A stretch of 64,000 nt of DNA, from assembly GCA_950097015.1 (NCBI GenBank), contig CATNEN010000025.1, forward strand, positions 1,488,001-1,552,000, given 5' to 3'. This document shows, piece by piece, positions 11,599-23,900 of the stretch (its first letter is position 1; each line of letters opens with the position of its first letter). The position numbers and the translations under genes were made by a program. The notes beneath the pieces were generated by a model that did not search any database, was not told the origin of the DNA, and saw only the letters and a program-made list of their open reading frames with translations. This stretch comes from Macrostomum hystrix (lineage: Eukaryota; Animalia; Platyhelminthes).

Positions 11599-14100
11599 AT
11601 GGGCAGAGTTCACTCTCAAGGTCGCCCCGGAGGAAAGGAAACAGTGCCTGGCGAGTCTGTGCAGGTCTTTGTCGATGACATTCTGGTGACGGGCAAGACG
11701 CTGCAGCAGCATCACCAGAACCTGATCAATGTCCTTCAACGACTGCAGGAGGCGGGTCTGCGGCTGAACAAGGACAAGTGTGAGTTCTTCCGCGACTCAG
11801 TTGAATACTTAGGCCATCGAATCGACAGCAACGGTCTCCGGCCACTAGCGGAGAAGGTGACGGCAGTGCAGGATGCGCCGCCACCCACGGACTGCAGTCA
11901 GCTGCGAGCCTACCTAGGGATGCCGACCCACTACGGAAAGTTCTTGCCGCACCTGTCGACGGTGGTCGCTCCGCTGAATCAGCTGTTGATGAAGAATGCG
12001 CTCCTGCTAGAGTCTCCTGTACTCATGCACTACGACGCCAAGCTGCCGCTGCGTCTGGAATGCGACGCCAGCCCGTACGGACTAGATGTGGTGCTGACTC
12101 ATCGAGTGGACGGCGAGGACAGGGCGATCGCCTTCGCCAGCCGCAGCCTAACAACGACTCAAAAGGGCTATTCACAGCTGGACAAGGAGGCGCTCGCGAT
12201 CATGTTTGGCTTGCAGCGCTTCCATCAGTTTCTGCAAGGCCGCAAGTTCGTCATCGTCACCGACCACAAGCCGCTCCTGGGTCTCCTCGGCGAGCACAAG
12301 GGCATTCCGGAGCACGCGGCGGCGCGCATGCAGCGCTGGGCGATTCGCCTAGCCAACTATGACTAATCGCTGGAGTTCAGGCCCACCAGCAAGCACGCCA
12401 ACTGCGACTCGCTGTCCCGCTTGCCGCTGGCCAGGCAGTTCGAAGAGGAGCCAGCGCTCTGCTGCTGGACGAGGAGACTGGATCCGCCATCACGGCTCAG
12501 GTGGTGGCCCGGCACACTCGTTCGGACGCCCTCCTAGGCCGGGTGCTTCGATGCCTGCAGACGGGCGCTCCAATGGCTGCCGCTGAGCTAGTCGACTTCG
12601 TAAGGCGCCGAGACGAGCTGAGTGTGGAGCAAGGCTGCGTGCTGTGGGGATCCCGCGTCGTGCCGACGGCCCTGCGACAAGGCGTGGTGGATGAGCTGCA
12701 CCAGGCACACCCAGGCATCAACCGCATGCGAGCTCTGGCCCGCAGCTATGTCTGGTGGCCAGGATTGGACAAGCAGCTGGAGGCGGCCGTCAAGTCCTGC
12801 CGGATCTGCGCCCTCAACCAGGCTGACCCACCCAAGGCGCCGGTGCAACCCGTGGCCGTTTCCGTCAGAGCCGTGGGCGCGGCTACATCTGGACTTCGCC
12901 GGTCCGGTTAACGGCCGCACCTACCTGGTGATCGTAGACGCCTTCAGCAAGTGGCCGGAAGTTTTCCAAGTGCACAACACGACGTCTGCGGCCACGATCG
13001 ACCGGCTCCGCGAGCTCTTCGCCAGACTGGGCATCCCCCGAGTGCTGGTCTCTGACAACGGTGCGCAGTTCGCCTCTGCGGAGTTCACGGAGTTCACCAG
13101 GCGCAACGGAATCCGCCATATCTTCTCCGCGCCGTTCCACCCTGCTACGAACGGCCAGGCGGAGAGATTCGTGCAGGTGCTCAAGCGACACCTCCTCAAG
13201 AGCGGGCACTCGACGGCAGCACTGCAGCAGATGCTGATGTCATGCCGCAACACGCCGCACTCAATCACCGGCGACGCTCCCAGCCAGCTGCTCATCAGCC
13301 GCAAACTGCGCAATCGGCTCGACCTGCTGATGCCATCGCTGGTGAGCAACATGCAGCAGCGCCATGAACGCCAGGTGGAGCAACAGCCGCAGGCGCGCGA
13401 GTTCCAAGCCGGCAACCGAATACTACTGCGCGACTTCATCTCCAACGCAAGGACTGGCGGCGGAACCCGCTGGGCCTAGGGCACCGTCGTGTCCGCCGGG
13501 TCCCGCAACTGCGACGTCGAGGTCGGCGGCGCCCTCTATCGGCGGCACACTGACCAGCTGCTGACGAGCTCGCTGCCGGATGCTACCCTGGAGCCACCGG
13601 CCAGAATCGCTGATGAGCCGCCGCTGCCGCCCACCGAGCCAAGCGGAGGCAACGGCAGCAACGACGCGCCGCCGGATGCCGCGGTCGCCGAAGCCGCTGA
13701 CAGGTCAGCCAGCCCGACCAGGCGCTACTCTCAGCGTCGGAGGCAGCCGCCTGAACGTCTGCAGCTTTGATGATTGACTTGACTCTGACTCTGATTGCAT
13801 AACGAACTTTGGGGATGCTTAGAACCTTAGGGGGGAGATGTCGGATAGCTTAGCAAAAGTATTATTTGCGCGCCACTCTATAACAGCTAGTTTATTGTCA
13901 TTCCAATACTCGCTATTTGCTATCTGCATGGCTATAGTTCACGTGCACCCATGTCACCCCACTGTGCTGTTTTTAGATTTCCAATGCTTACTTTCTCTCA
14001 CTGATGCAAGGCGCTGTAGCACCCACCCCTAATCTCCTAACAATGCTGAGTCAGCCATTGAGTCGTACGAGTACAATAAATATGGCTTAATTAGGGTAGA
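11599..14100 (+). mobile_element. Decayed Ty3/Gypsy LTR retrotransposon (Mag/K02A2.6-like pol: RT end, RNase H, integrase) with PPT and start of the 3' LTR
   Basis: Motifs VFVDDILVTG, EYLGHRI, ECDASPYG, TDHKPL, HHCC zone (LHQAHPG...C..C), LHLDFAGP, DAFSKWPEV, SDNGAQF and PATNGQAERF. It carries an in-frame TAA at 12364, several frameshifts and a deletion in the RT-RH tether. PPT AGGGGGGAGA at 13829-13838 is followed by TG. The LTR end and 5' LTR were not found. Confidence 0.92.
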
Positions 14101-14199
14101 CGAAGTGAGTCGCGAAATTTCAAGCTCGTGTTCCATTTAATCACGTAAAAACAATTTTTTTTAAATGCGAACAAGAGAAACGGAACGCGGGCATTGAGT

Positions 14200-14458
14200 A
14201 ACAAAAGTGCAACTTAATTTAAAGAAGCGGTCGCTTTTTCTAACAGAGTTCAAGATCGTCAGACTTCCTCGAATCAATCACCTGGCCCACTTGCTGCCAT
14301 GTGCTGCTCAAATGGTTCCAACAAGCGGCTCTGCACGCCAGACTCGATTTAATCCACGATTGGAGAACCTCCTTGGGCAATCACCTTCTCAAGACGCTCA
14401 ATCTAGAAGTCAAGTCGGTAGCGACACGCTTCTTGAGATCCAAGGAATAGCTCGACAT
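14200..14458 (-). mobile_element. Probable Tc1/mariner-IS630-type transposase N-terminal remnant
   Basis: Minus strand MSSYSLDLKKRV...LSVLRR*LPKEVLQSWIK resembles the YSLDLR.RV start of the HTH region; interrupted by stops; no DDE domain or TIR seen. Confidence 0.4.
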
Positions 14459-15036
14459 TTTGTGACAACTTGGGGTGACAGAAATCCGCGGATTGAAAAC
14501 GAAGCTTTCGAAATAAAAAGGTGAACAGCATGAGTCCATTTTGCATATCAGGGTTAAAATTCCCGGCAGAAGTTGGGCCATAGTCATATTATAAAAATGA
14601 TGCTTTAAATTACCGGAGTATTTCAAACTCTCGGAAAGCAAAGCCAGCAAGATTCTGTCCGGATACTTTTTGCGCACCCGGTATTAGCCAAGCGTTTTTC
14701 TTAAATTAGCTATGTATATTACATGCAATCAACATCCATCGCACAGCTATTAACGCTCTCTGCAGAAATGATTTGGTAGATGTAGAAAACAGGAAATGTA
14801 AACGCTCGCATATCGTATGTTTGACTTGTCAAGCTAGCTAAAAGCTAATAGGATTTTCAAGAAAAAAATCCACCGACAGATTTCACATCTTCTTAAAAGC
14901 ATAGTTTTTGTAGTTATAGCTACGAAAAAACACAGAAATGGGATATAATCGCATTGCCTTCTAGTTCTACTCCCAACGAGACGTTTCAGAGGAGCTCACC
15001 TGAATAAATTCACCTCCATCAAGCCACAGAACTGCA

Positions 15037-15786
15037 ATGATTCTCACGCCTGTGACTACTATGTTGCTGCTCTCTACCAGCGCTGCGCTAGCGCAGGCCA
15101 TCCCATGTCCGGCTCCGTTTCAGCTCGACCCCGAGACCCGGCTGTGCCTGTACTTCTACAACAGGTCGGAAGAATTCGACTGGTGTACCGCAAACCACCG
15201 TTGTGCCGCGATGGGCGGTGAGCTGCTCAACTCGCCGGAGTCGCTGTCCCTGTTGATGTCCTCGAATCTGTCCAAGATCAACTTCGTTTACGACATGTGG
15301 CTGGGGCTCAGTGACCTGGCATCGGAGGTGAATCTCAGTCGAGCCGGCTGGCAGAGAATCAACGGTGGAGGGATCTTCCCAAAGAATGACTCAATGTGGT
15401 TACCAGGAGAGCCGAATGGCGGCAGTGCTCAGAACTGCGGACGAACTATTAGCCAGGGCTTTGTTCTAAGGGACACGCGCTGTACTCTGCTGTGCGGCTT
15501 CATCTGCCAGTTCGTGGAGCCGGCTGCTGCCAGCAAGTCGGCCGGACTCTGGACTCGAACTGACTTCAAGAACAACCGAACTGACGCATACTACTGTTAC
15601 AGTGAGCTGCAGGGAGTGGACTCACTGAACACCTGCCTGATCAGAGCCTCCCTGTGTGGCAGCAGCTGCCGCGGCGCTCTGTACAACAGCAAGCTGGCCG
15701 CCTGCCGCCTGCTGCAGTTCGCCGACGCTCCGATCGACCCGTCGATCGAGAGCAACCCCGACTGGATCAAGCTGGCCAGGGACTGA
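15037..15786 (+). CDS. Secreted C-type lectin domain + PAN/apple domain protein, copy 2 (249 aa, intronless)
   Basis: Hydrophobic signal peptide MILTPVTTMLLLSTSAALAQA; long-form CTLD cysteines, WLGL, EPN, QNC, FICQ; C-terminal C-x6-C-x3-C..LYN.....C.L PAN-like pattern. Confidence 0.9.
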   Translation: MILTPVTTMLLLSTSAALAQAIPCPAPFQLDPETRLCLYFYNRSEEFDWCTANHRCAAMGGELLNSPESLSLLMSSNLSKINFVYDMWLGLSDLASEVNLSRAGWQRINGGGIFPKNDSMWLPGEPNGGSAQNCGRTISQGFVLRDTRCTLLCGFICQFVEPAAASKSAGLWTRTDFKNNRTDAYYCYSELQGVDSLNTCLIRASLCGSSCRGALYNSKLAACRLLQFADAPIDPSIESNPDWIKLARD

Positions 15787-16430
15787 TGGGTTTATTAGAT
15801 TTTCGTTACTCGTTACGTTACATAATTTCGTCGAAAGATTTGATTTTTTTAGTTCTCCTGAGTTTTACGACAACCGTCGTTCACTTGACGCAATTAGCGA
15901 AGCGAACTTGAGGCGAACTTTCTAGCTTGAAGGAATGTGAATTCGATGCTTGAAAATTCAGCTCAGCAAATGGCTTTAACGTTCTCTCTTTCTTCTGGTC
16001 GATTTGGTACTCGTAGTATAAAAGCTATCGCATTTAAAATTAAAAAATAATTGCGAGCGCCAACGAAGCTATACTGAAAGTCAAACAGCACTGGTTGGCA
16101 GCTATAGCTAATGCATCTATTTGGGAAAAGAAACTTTTCTTTCCTGACACTGCCTGCGTGAGAATATTTTGCAACAGGCAACGGAGACGAGAAAAAAGCG
16201 ACAATCCAGTAAAAAGTAGTGTACTCGTAAGTTTGTCAAATAAGGGGAGTACCGACATTTTTCTGGATATATTATCGGCGGTTTATGCAGACAGACTTTA
16301 ACTAGCTAGAAAGCTTCATCCTGTTGTCGTGGAAACAGCTCTAGGAAAATATAGAAAATAATACGACTCTCCTCTCCTGCGAGCTCAAATTCATGTAATT
16401 GCTTAGCGCGAGTTGTCAATCACCAGCTGG

Positions 16431-17177
16431 ATGGCGCGGGTCGTTAGCTTCGCATTCTTGCTGCTCGCTGGATTTTGCACGCTGTCACAGGCCTTCCAGT
16501 GTCCAGAACCATTTCAGCTGGACACCGAGACGCAGCTATGCCTGTACTTCAATCAGAGCAACAGCTACGACTGGTGTGCCGCTAACAGGCAGTGTGCTCA
16601 GATGGGCGGTGAGCTGCTCAACTCACCCGATGCAATCAGCCGACTGATTAATTCTAACTTGTCCAACATCAACTACGCCGATGACATGTGGGTTGGAGTC
16701 AACGACCTGGCGTCGGAGTCCGGCAATTCCAAGGCCGGCTGGCAGCTGGTTAACGGTGGTGGCATCCTGCCAACGAATGACAGCCTGTGGCAAGGCGTGG
16801 AGCCCAACGGTGGAGACAGCCAGAATTGCTTGCGTGCTAGAAAACTGTCACTAAAGCTCTGTGACACGCCCTGTACTCAGCTGCGCGGCTTCATCTGCCA
16901 GTTCGTGGAGCCGGCTGCTGCCAGCAAGTCGGCCGGACTCTGGACTCGGACTGACTTCAAGAACAACCGAACTGACGCATACTACTGTTACAGTGAGCTG
17001 CAGGGAGCGGACTCACTGAACACCTGCCTGATCAGAGCCTCCCTGTGTGGCAGCAGCTGCCGCGGCGCTCTGTACAACAGCAAGCTGGGCGCCTGCCGCC
17101 TGCTGCAGTTCGCCGACGCTCCGGTCGACCCGTCGATCGAGAGCAACCCCGACTGGATCAAGCTGGCCAGGGACTGA
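16431..17177 (+). CDS. Secreted C-type lectin + PAN/apple protein, copy 3 (248 aa from ATG 16431, intronless)
   Basis: Signal peptide MARVVSFAFLLLAGFCTLSQA; CTLD with WVGVND, EPN, QNC, FICQ; PAN-like tail identical in protein to copy 1. Confidence 0.9.
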   Translation: MARVVSFAFLLLAGFCTLSQAFQCPEPFQLDTETQLCLYFNQSNSYDWCAANRQCAQMGGELLNSPDAISRLINSNLSNINYADDMWVGVNDLASESGNSKAGWQLVNGGGILPTNDSLWQGVEPNGGDSQNCLRARKLSLKLCDTPCTQLRGFICQFVEPAAASKSAGLWTRTDFKNNRTDAYYCYSELQGADSLNTCLIRASLCGSSCRGALYNSKLGACRLLQFADAPVDPSIESNPDWIKLARD

Positions 17178-19825
17178 CCTTTTTGCATCAGTTAGCCTCG
17201 CTAAAAGATAAACTGAGACTGAGACTTTAGAATAATGAACAATGAGAGTGTTTGGTTATGTGTTCGCAGTTGTTTCTGAAAACACCAACTTTTTGCGATA
17301 ATTATTACATTACAGCTTGAGAAGTCAAAATTTTTTCTCTTTTGTTTCGAGACTAGCCCGGATTGTTAGGAAAATGTGTATGAGACATTGCTTGATGAAT
17401 AGATGAATTTTGCGCCCAAGCTCAAAACTCGAAAGTACGCTAAAAGACCACTGGCCTGCAGCAGACCCTAGACAATGATCCCATACAAGACGAAGGGATT
17501 GGGGTCGCTGCGGGAACGACGCATTGTTTGAGCTGCACAACGAGTTCTTAAATTCAGAGGTTTCTCTGTCGTCAACCCTGGTATCAACATTGCTGAAGGC
17601 ACTAACGAGAACATGGCGTCATTTTTGTTAATATTTTTGACAGAATATCTTATAAACCGCCTTTGTATCTGCACAAATAAGTTAATTTTTCTAGCCGTGA
17701 AAGAATCCGATTGAGATGCTGAGAAGACTGAGAAATGCTGAGAAGTCGGAAATTTGTTATGATATTAAGAAGCTTTCGCAAGCGAAGTTTGGCCTTTTAG
17801 GGTCGGTTAAAATCAGTATGATAGCAGCATTGACCAGTTACCCTGACACTTAACAGTAAAACGATCACGGGGAGTAGTTCATCAAATACCCTCATTTTTC
17901 CTTTACTGTATCTCCTAAAATATCCAACCAAATCCAGAACTCGAACTAACATTTTCCGCTCTCTCAGATGAAGCAACTTCCAGTATCACACAACATCGAA
18001 ATCGTCTAGATATTCAACGATTCTCGTCGGATGTCTGGTGGCGAAAACCACTAAAATCGGAGAAATATATCTGCTCGCAAAATTCATAATATAACCATGT
18101 CGGCTATCATTTTTGATAATTTTGAACAGATTTCTTAGTTCATTGTTACATTTTTAACCAATATGGATTTGCCAAAGAGGCTTATACCGAGAAATGTTAG
18201 TTGTCCTTGTCATCAACAATCGCTGAGTACCTCAAAGATGCTGACGTCGGACGACTTTGAAATTTAGCTTTTCGTAAAGCAGGGAAAAATTTGAACCATA
18301 CGAGCGTATGGTGAACTTTCACGAAAATCGGTCATTCGGTTTGGCTTTCCCCGTGGTGCTTCCCACTGGGGAAAATATACTAGTACGCGTGGTCTTTGTA
18401 CTGTAAACTGGTTTAGTCAGCCTTAACCTTGTTTCAGCAAAAAGGAGAAGGTTATTAGTTGAATGAAATTTATAAAAAGCTATTAACAAAAATTGGATAA
18501 AAGCATGTCTTCTCGTAAGCTATTGTTATTTACTTTTTGAGAACTTGCGAGTTTGATGCGGCACAACTTCTTAAACCACCTGCCACCTGTTCGTTGGTAC
18601 AGGTATTCACAAGCCTAATTATCTTTGTACCAAATGAGCACATACTGGTTTTGACACATCTGATCGAAAAAACTAGGGATGATATTGGAAAACGGCATCA
18701 TAATTAGGTGGATGGGTCGATTCGGTTTGAAAACTACTGTATAGAAACAAATATTGCTCAAACGAAAACCTTTTTAAGTCCAAGGGTCTTATAATTGTAC
18801 TTAAAATGCACTTTTATTTACTTATTACCGAATGAGAAAGTATTTTCCCGTGCATTAATTATGGATTGTCGTATGAGAAGAAACAAGAGTTTTAGTTTGG
18901 GCACACCTCATCTGTCAAACGATCTAGTTAACTGTTTTCAGAATAAACCGAGAATTTCAGATGAAAATCATAACAGAACTAGATTTTGAACTATTGATAG
19001 CTTCAACTCAACGCTAAAACTTTAGTTCCTTACCGGGGCCATGATAATTTCTTTCGCGAGCTCAACTGTTTAGAAGCAGAGCGGGTTGCAGATCTGGTAC
19101 GTAGTCAACCATGCACTAGTAGGTAGTAGTGCTACCTTAGTAGTCCTTGATTTTGTTAGTTGGTCTTTCTTGTAGCAAGTTGTGGTTGTGCGCAAAGTGG
19201 CATTGCACAACATTCGCACCTTGAGGGCCATCCCCCAAGGCAGAGTAAGAGTGTACACTGCCGGAGGATGAGAAAGTCAGGGCAGATGTACACATCTGTG
19301 TGCGTGTGTGCTCAGGAGTCAGCGGAATGGGCAGAATTGCCTCCTCGCTGGTTGCGGGTCTAGTGTCACCTAACGATGAGCCAATTACCACAGCCCTCCT
19401 GCTATTACTAATAGTATTATAAGCATATCTAGCGTGTGAGTCCGCAGCAGGATTTTACTATTGAACGTGTCAATAATTCATGGCATTCATCGTGCCAGTT
19501 GATGCCAGAATGACTTTGAAAAGCTCTCGGTCCAGATGGGAACTAAAGGAATTAAAAAAGTGACAAAGGAAAAATTGCTTTTAATGCGTAGCAGAAAACT
19601 GACAAAACGAGTGACGAAATTCTCAACGAGCCGTTCTCTTCAACTGCTGCTAATGCAATTCATCGACTTGACAATCGCCATAGCAACAGGTGTTTCGCAG
19701 CTATACAAATTATTCCTAAAGGAGAAGAGCTGGCACAAATGAGTTTGCCTTTCCAGAGCTCTTGTGATGCAACTAGCAATATAAAAGTCCATTTCAGAAG
19801 CTGGAAAGACGCCCCAATTTGCATA

Positions 19826-20558
19826 ATGCAATTCATTCAGGCCCTCATGGTCGTTCTGCTGCTCCCCGCCTGCGGTGCGCTGTCGCAGGCCGTTCTGCCG
19901 TGTCCGGCTCCGTTTTGGCTGCTCCCCGCCACCCAGCTGTGCCTGTACATCGAGGCCAATCAGAGCCTCAACTGGTGCGCCGCCAACCGTCGCTGCGCCG
20001 AGATGGGCGGCGAGCTGATCAACTCGGAGGAGTCAATCGCGGCCGTGCTCTCATCGAATCTGAAGGCGGCAGGCTACACTACCAGAATGTCGGAGGTTGG
20101 TACCAGCAGGACGGGTTGGCAGAGTTAACGGCAGTGGAGTTCTACCAACCAATAGCTCGCTGTGGTACATAACGGAGCCAAGTGGAGGCAGGGGCGAGCA
20201 TTGCTTGAGGATTCTCATTTCATCTTCTTATTGGCTCTGTGACTCGAATTACATCAGCTTCATCTACCAGTACGTGGCGCCTTCAGCAGCAGAGAAGGCT
20301 TCAGTTGGCGACTTCTGGAAGCTCGCCGGATTGGCCAGAACTCGAAACGACGACTACACATATTACTGAGGCGACGAGCAGCAGGGACTGGCCTCACTGA
20401 ACACCTGCCTGATCAGAGCCTCCCTGTGTGGCAGCAGCTGCCGCGGCACTCTGTACAACAGCAAGCTGGGCGCCTGCCGCCTGCTGCAGTTCGCCGACGC
20501 TCCGGTCGAACCGTCAATCGAGAGCGACCCTGACTGGGTCAAACTGTCTAGGGACTGA
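19826..20558 (+). pseudogene. C-type lectin + PAN/apple copy 4, pseudogene
   Basis: Signal peptide and CTLD start are intact (MQFIQALMVVLLLPACGALSQAVLPCPAPF...). Then the MW.G..DL segment is deleted, there is a frameshift near 20125, CTLD cysteines are lost (FIYQ), and TGA occurs at 20367. TATA-like TATAAAAG lies ~45 bp upstream. Confidence 0.85.
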
Positions 20559-20917
20559 CTGACCAAGACATCTAGACAGACAAAACCCTTGAACTGCTGT
20601 TGCTCACATGCTGTCGTAAATCAGTACACATAGTGTTAATTAGGTGATTATCGAAAACCCCCGGAAATCCCGCAGATGTACCACGGAAATCTTGTGGATG
20701 TCCCACAGAAATCCCACGGTTTTCCCATGAAAATCCCACAGAAATTACTAACTTCCGTTTCTGCAAACAAAATGCTCTGAGCATGAAAAAGTGAACACGC
20801 TTTGCAAATTTAAGCAATGCAACTCTTTTTTACAACTGTGTATTTAAATGCCGTATCAATTAAAACGAACTAGTTTGAGACCAAAATGGAAGAATGTGTG
20901 TGCGTCCGTTGGGCTTT

Positions 20918-23900
20918 TCAGGTCTGGGCGCCACTCAGCAATTCTGCGAATTCTGAAAAAAGGTATTTTGTGTTTTTTTATTAGTTTACGCTCTAATTGT
21001 TAATTCTATCAATAAAAGCAGTGTACGCTACTTATTAGTAGGCAATCTTTGAAGCTTGCAATTATTTTTACCTGCATAGTCAACAAAACCGTCGCCATTT
21101 CGGTCGGCCTCTCGCATCATCTCGTCAATCTCCTGGTCCGTGAGCTTCTCTCCGAGGCTCTCCATCACCCTTTTGAGTTCTTGGCTGTCTATGAGTCCAT
21201 TGCCGTCCTTGTCAAACACCTGCGCGTTGGTATCACGGGCGTGACTACTGTTATCGTTCAGTTAAATCTGAAAACCCTCTACATACTACTCACAGCGAAT
21301 GCACGCCGCATTTGTCTTTCTTTTCTGTGCGTGTTCTCCTCGTCCAGCAGCATTCGCTCGGACATCATGTGCACGAACTCTTTAAAGTCGATGGTTCCGT
21401 CGCCTGGAGAGGGGAAGTGTCATTGAAGAGGCGTTGGGTTTGCTGAATGTTCAGGATTAGGAATCTGAATGTTCAGGATTGGGAATCTGAATGTCTAGGA
21501 TTGCGAATCTGAATGTCTAGGATTGGGAATCTGAATTTTCAGGATTGCGAATCTGAATGTCTAGGATTGGGAATCTGAATGTTCAGGATTAGGAATCTGA
21601 ATGATCAGGATTGCGAATCTGAATGTTTAGGATTGAGAATCTGAATGTTTAGGATTGAGAATCTGAATGTTTAGGATTGAGAATCTGAATGTTTAGGATT
21701 GAGAATCTGAATGTTTAGGATTGAGAATCTGAATGTTTAGGATTGAGAATCTGAATGTTTAGGATTGCGAATCTGAATGTCTAGGATTGCGAATCTGAAT
21801 GTTTAGGATTGAGAATCTGAATGGTCAGGATTAGGAATCTGAATGTTTAGGATTGAGAATCTGAATGGTCAGGATTGCGAATCTGAATGTTTAGGATTGA
21901 GAATCTGAATGTTCAGGATTGAGAATCTGAATGTTCAGGATTGAGAATCTGAATGTTTGAATGTTAAGGATTGAGAATCTGAATGTTTAGGATTGAGAAT
22001 CTTAATGTTTAGGATTGAGAATCTGAATGTTCAGGATTGCGAATCTGAATGTCTAGGATTGAGAATCTGAATGTTTAGGATTGAGAATCTGAATGTCTAG
22101 GATTGAGAATCTGAATGTCTAGGATTGAGAATCTGAATGTTTAGGATTGAGAATCTGAATGTTTAGGATTGAGAATCTGAATGTTTAGGATTGCGAATCT
22201 GAATGTCTAGGATTGAGAATCTGAATGTTCAGGATTGAGAATCTGAATGTTTAGGATTGAGAATCTGAATGTTTAGGATTGAGAATCTGAATGTTTAGGA
22301 TTGAGAATCTTAATGTTTAGGATTGAGAATCTGAATGTTCAGGATTGAGAATCTGAATGTCTAGGATTGAGAATCTGAATGTCTAGGATTGAGAATCTGA
22401 ATGTCTAGGATTGAGAATCTGAATGTTTAGGATTGAGAATCTGAATGTTTAGGATTGAGAATCTGAATGTTCAGGATTGAGAATCTGAATGTCTAGGATT
22501 GAGAATCTGAATGTTTAGGATTGAGAATCTTAATGTTTAGGATTGAGAATCTGAATGGTCAGGATTGCGAATCTGAATGTCTAGGATTGAGAATCTGAAT
22601 GTTTAGGATTGCGAATCTGAATGTCTAGGATTGCGAATCTGAATGTTTAGGATTGAGAATCTGAATGGTTGAATGTTAAGGATTGAGAATCTGAATGTTT
22701 AGGATTGAGAATCTGAATGGTCAGGATTGCGAATCTGAATGTTTAGGATTGAGAATCTGAATGTCTAGGATTGCGAATCTGAATGTTTAGGATTGAGAAT
22801 CTGAATGGTCAGGATTGCGAATCTGAATGTTTAGGATTGAGAATCTGAATGTCTAGGATTGCGAATCTGAATGTTTAGGATTGAGAATCTGAATGTCTAG
22901 GATTGAGAATCTGAATGTTTAGGATTGAGAATCTGAATGTTCAGGATTGAGAATCTGAATGTCTAGGATTGAGAATCTGAATGTTCAGGATTGAGAATCT
23001 GAATGTTCAGGATTGAGAATCTGAATGTTTAGGATTGAGAATCTGAATGTTTAGGATTGAGAATCTGAATGGTCAGGATTAGGAATCTGAATGATCAGGA
23101 TTGCGAATCTGAATGTCTAGGATTGAGAATCTGAATGTCTAGGATTGAGAATCTGAATGTTTAGGATTGAGAATCTGAATGTTTAGGATTGAGAATCTGA
23201 ATGTTTAGGATTGAGAATCTGAATGTCTAGGATTGAGAATCTGAATGTTCAGGATTGCGAATCTGAATGTCTAGGATTGAGAATCTGAATGTCTAGGATT
23301 GAGAATCTGAATGTTTAGGATTGAGAATCTGAATGTTTAGGATTGAGAATCTGAATGTTCAGGATTGCGAATCTGAATGGTCAGGATTGAGAATCTGAAT
23401 GTTCAGGATTAGGAATCTGAATGATCAGGATTGCGAATCTGAATGTCTAGGATTGAGAATCTGAATGTCTAGGATTGAGAATCTGAATGTTTAGGATTGA
23501 GAATCTGAATGTTTAGGATTGAGAATCTGAATGTTCAGGATTGCGAATCTGAATGGTCAGGATTGAGAATCTGAATGTTCAGGATTAGGAATCTGAATGA
23601 TCAGGATTGCGAATCTGAATGTCTAGGATTGAGAATCTGAATGTCTAGGATTGAGAATCTGAATGTTTAGGATTGAGAATCTGAATGTTTAGGATTGAGA
23701 ATCTGAATGTTTAGGATTGAGAATCTGAATGTTTAGGATTGAGAATCTGAATGTCTAGGATTGAGAATCTGAATGTTCAGGATTGAGAATCTGAATGTTT
23801 AGGATTGAGAATCTGAATGTTTAGGATTGAGAATCTGAATGTTTAAGATTGAGAATCTGAATGTTCAGGATTAGGAATCTGAATGATCAGGATTGCGAAT

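Noticed and set aside
15880-15930. Helitron-like 3' end (GCGAAGCG...CTAG)
   Set aside because: No clear subterminal hairpin, no 5' TC end and no second copy to confirm it.
17866-18352. Possible MITE bounded by CACGGGGA / TCCCCGTG
   Set aside because: Only an 8-bp inverted match, with no TSD.
14985-19775. GAGCTC motif 40-70 bp upstream of lectin copies 2, 3 and 4 as a shared promoter element
   Set aside because: A 6-bp match with variable spacing is not distinguishable from chance.
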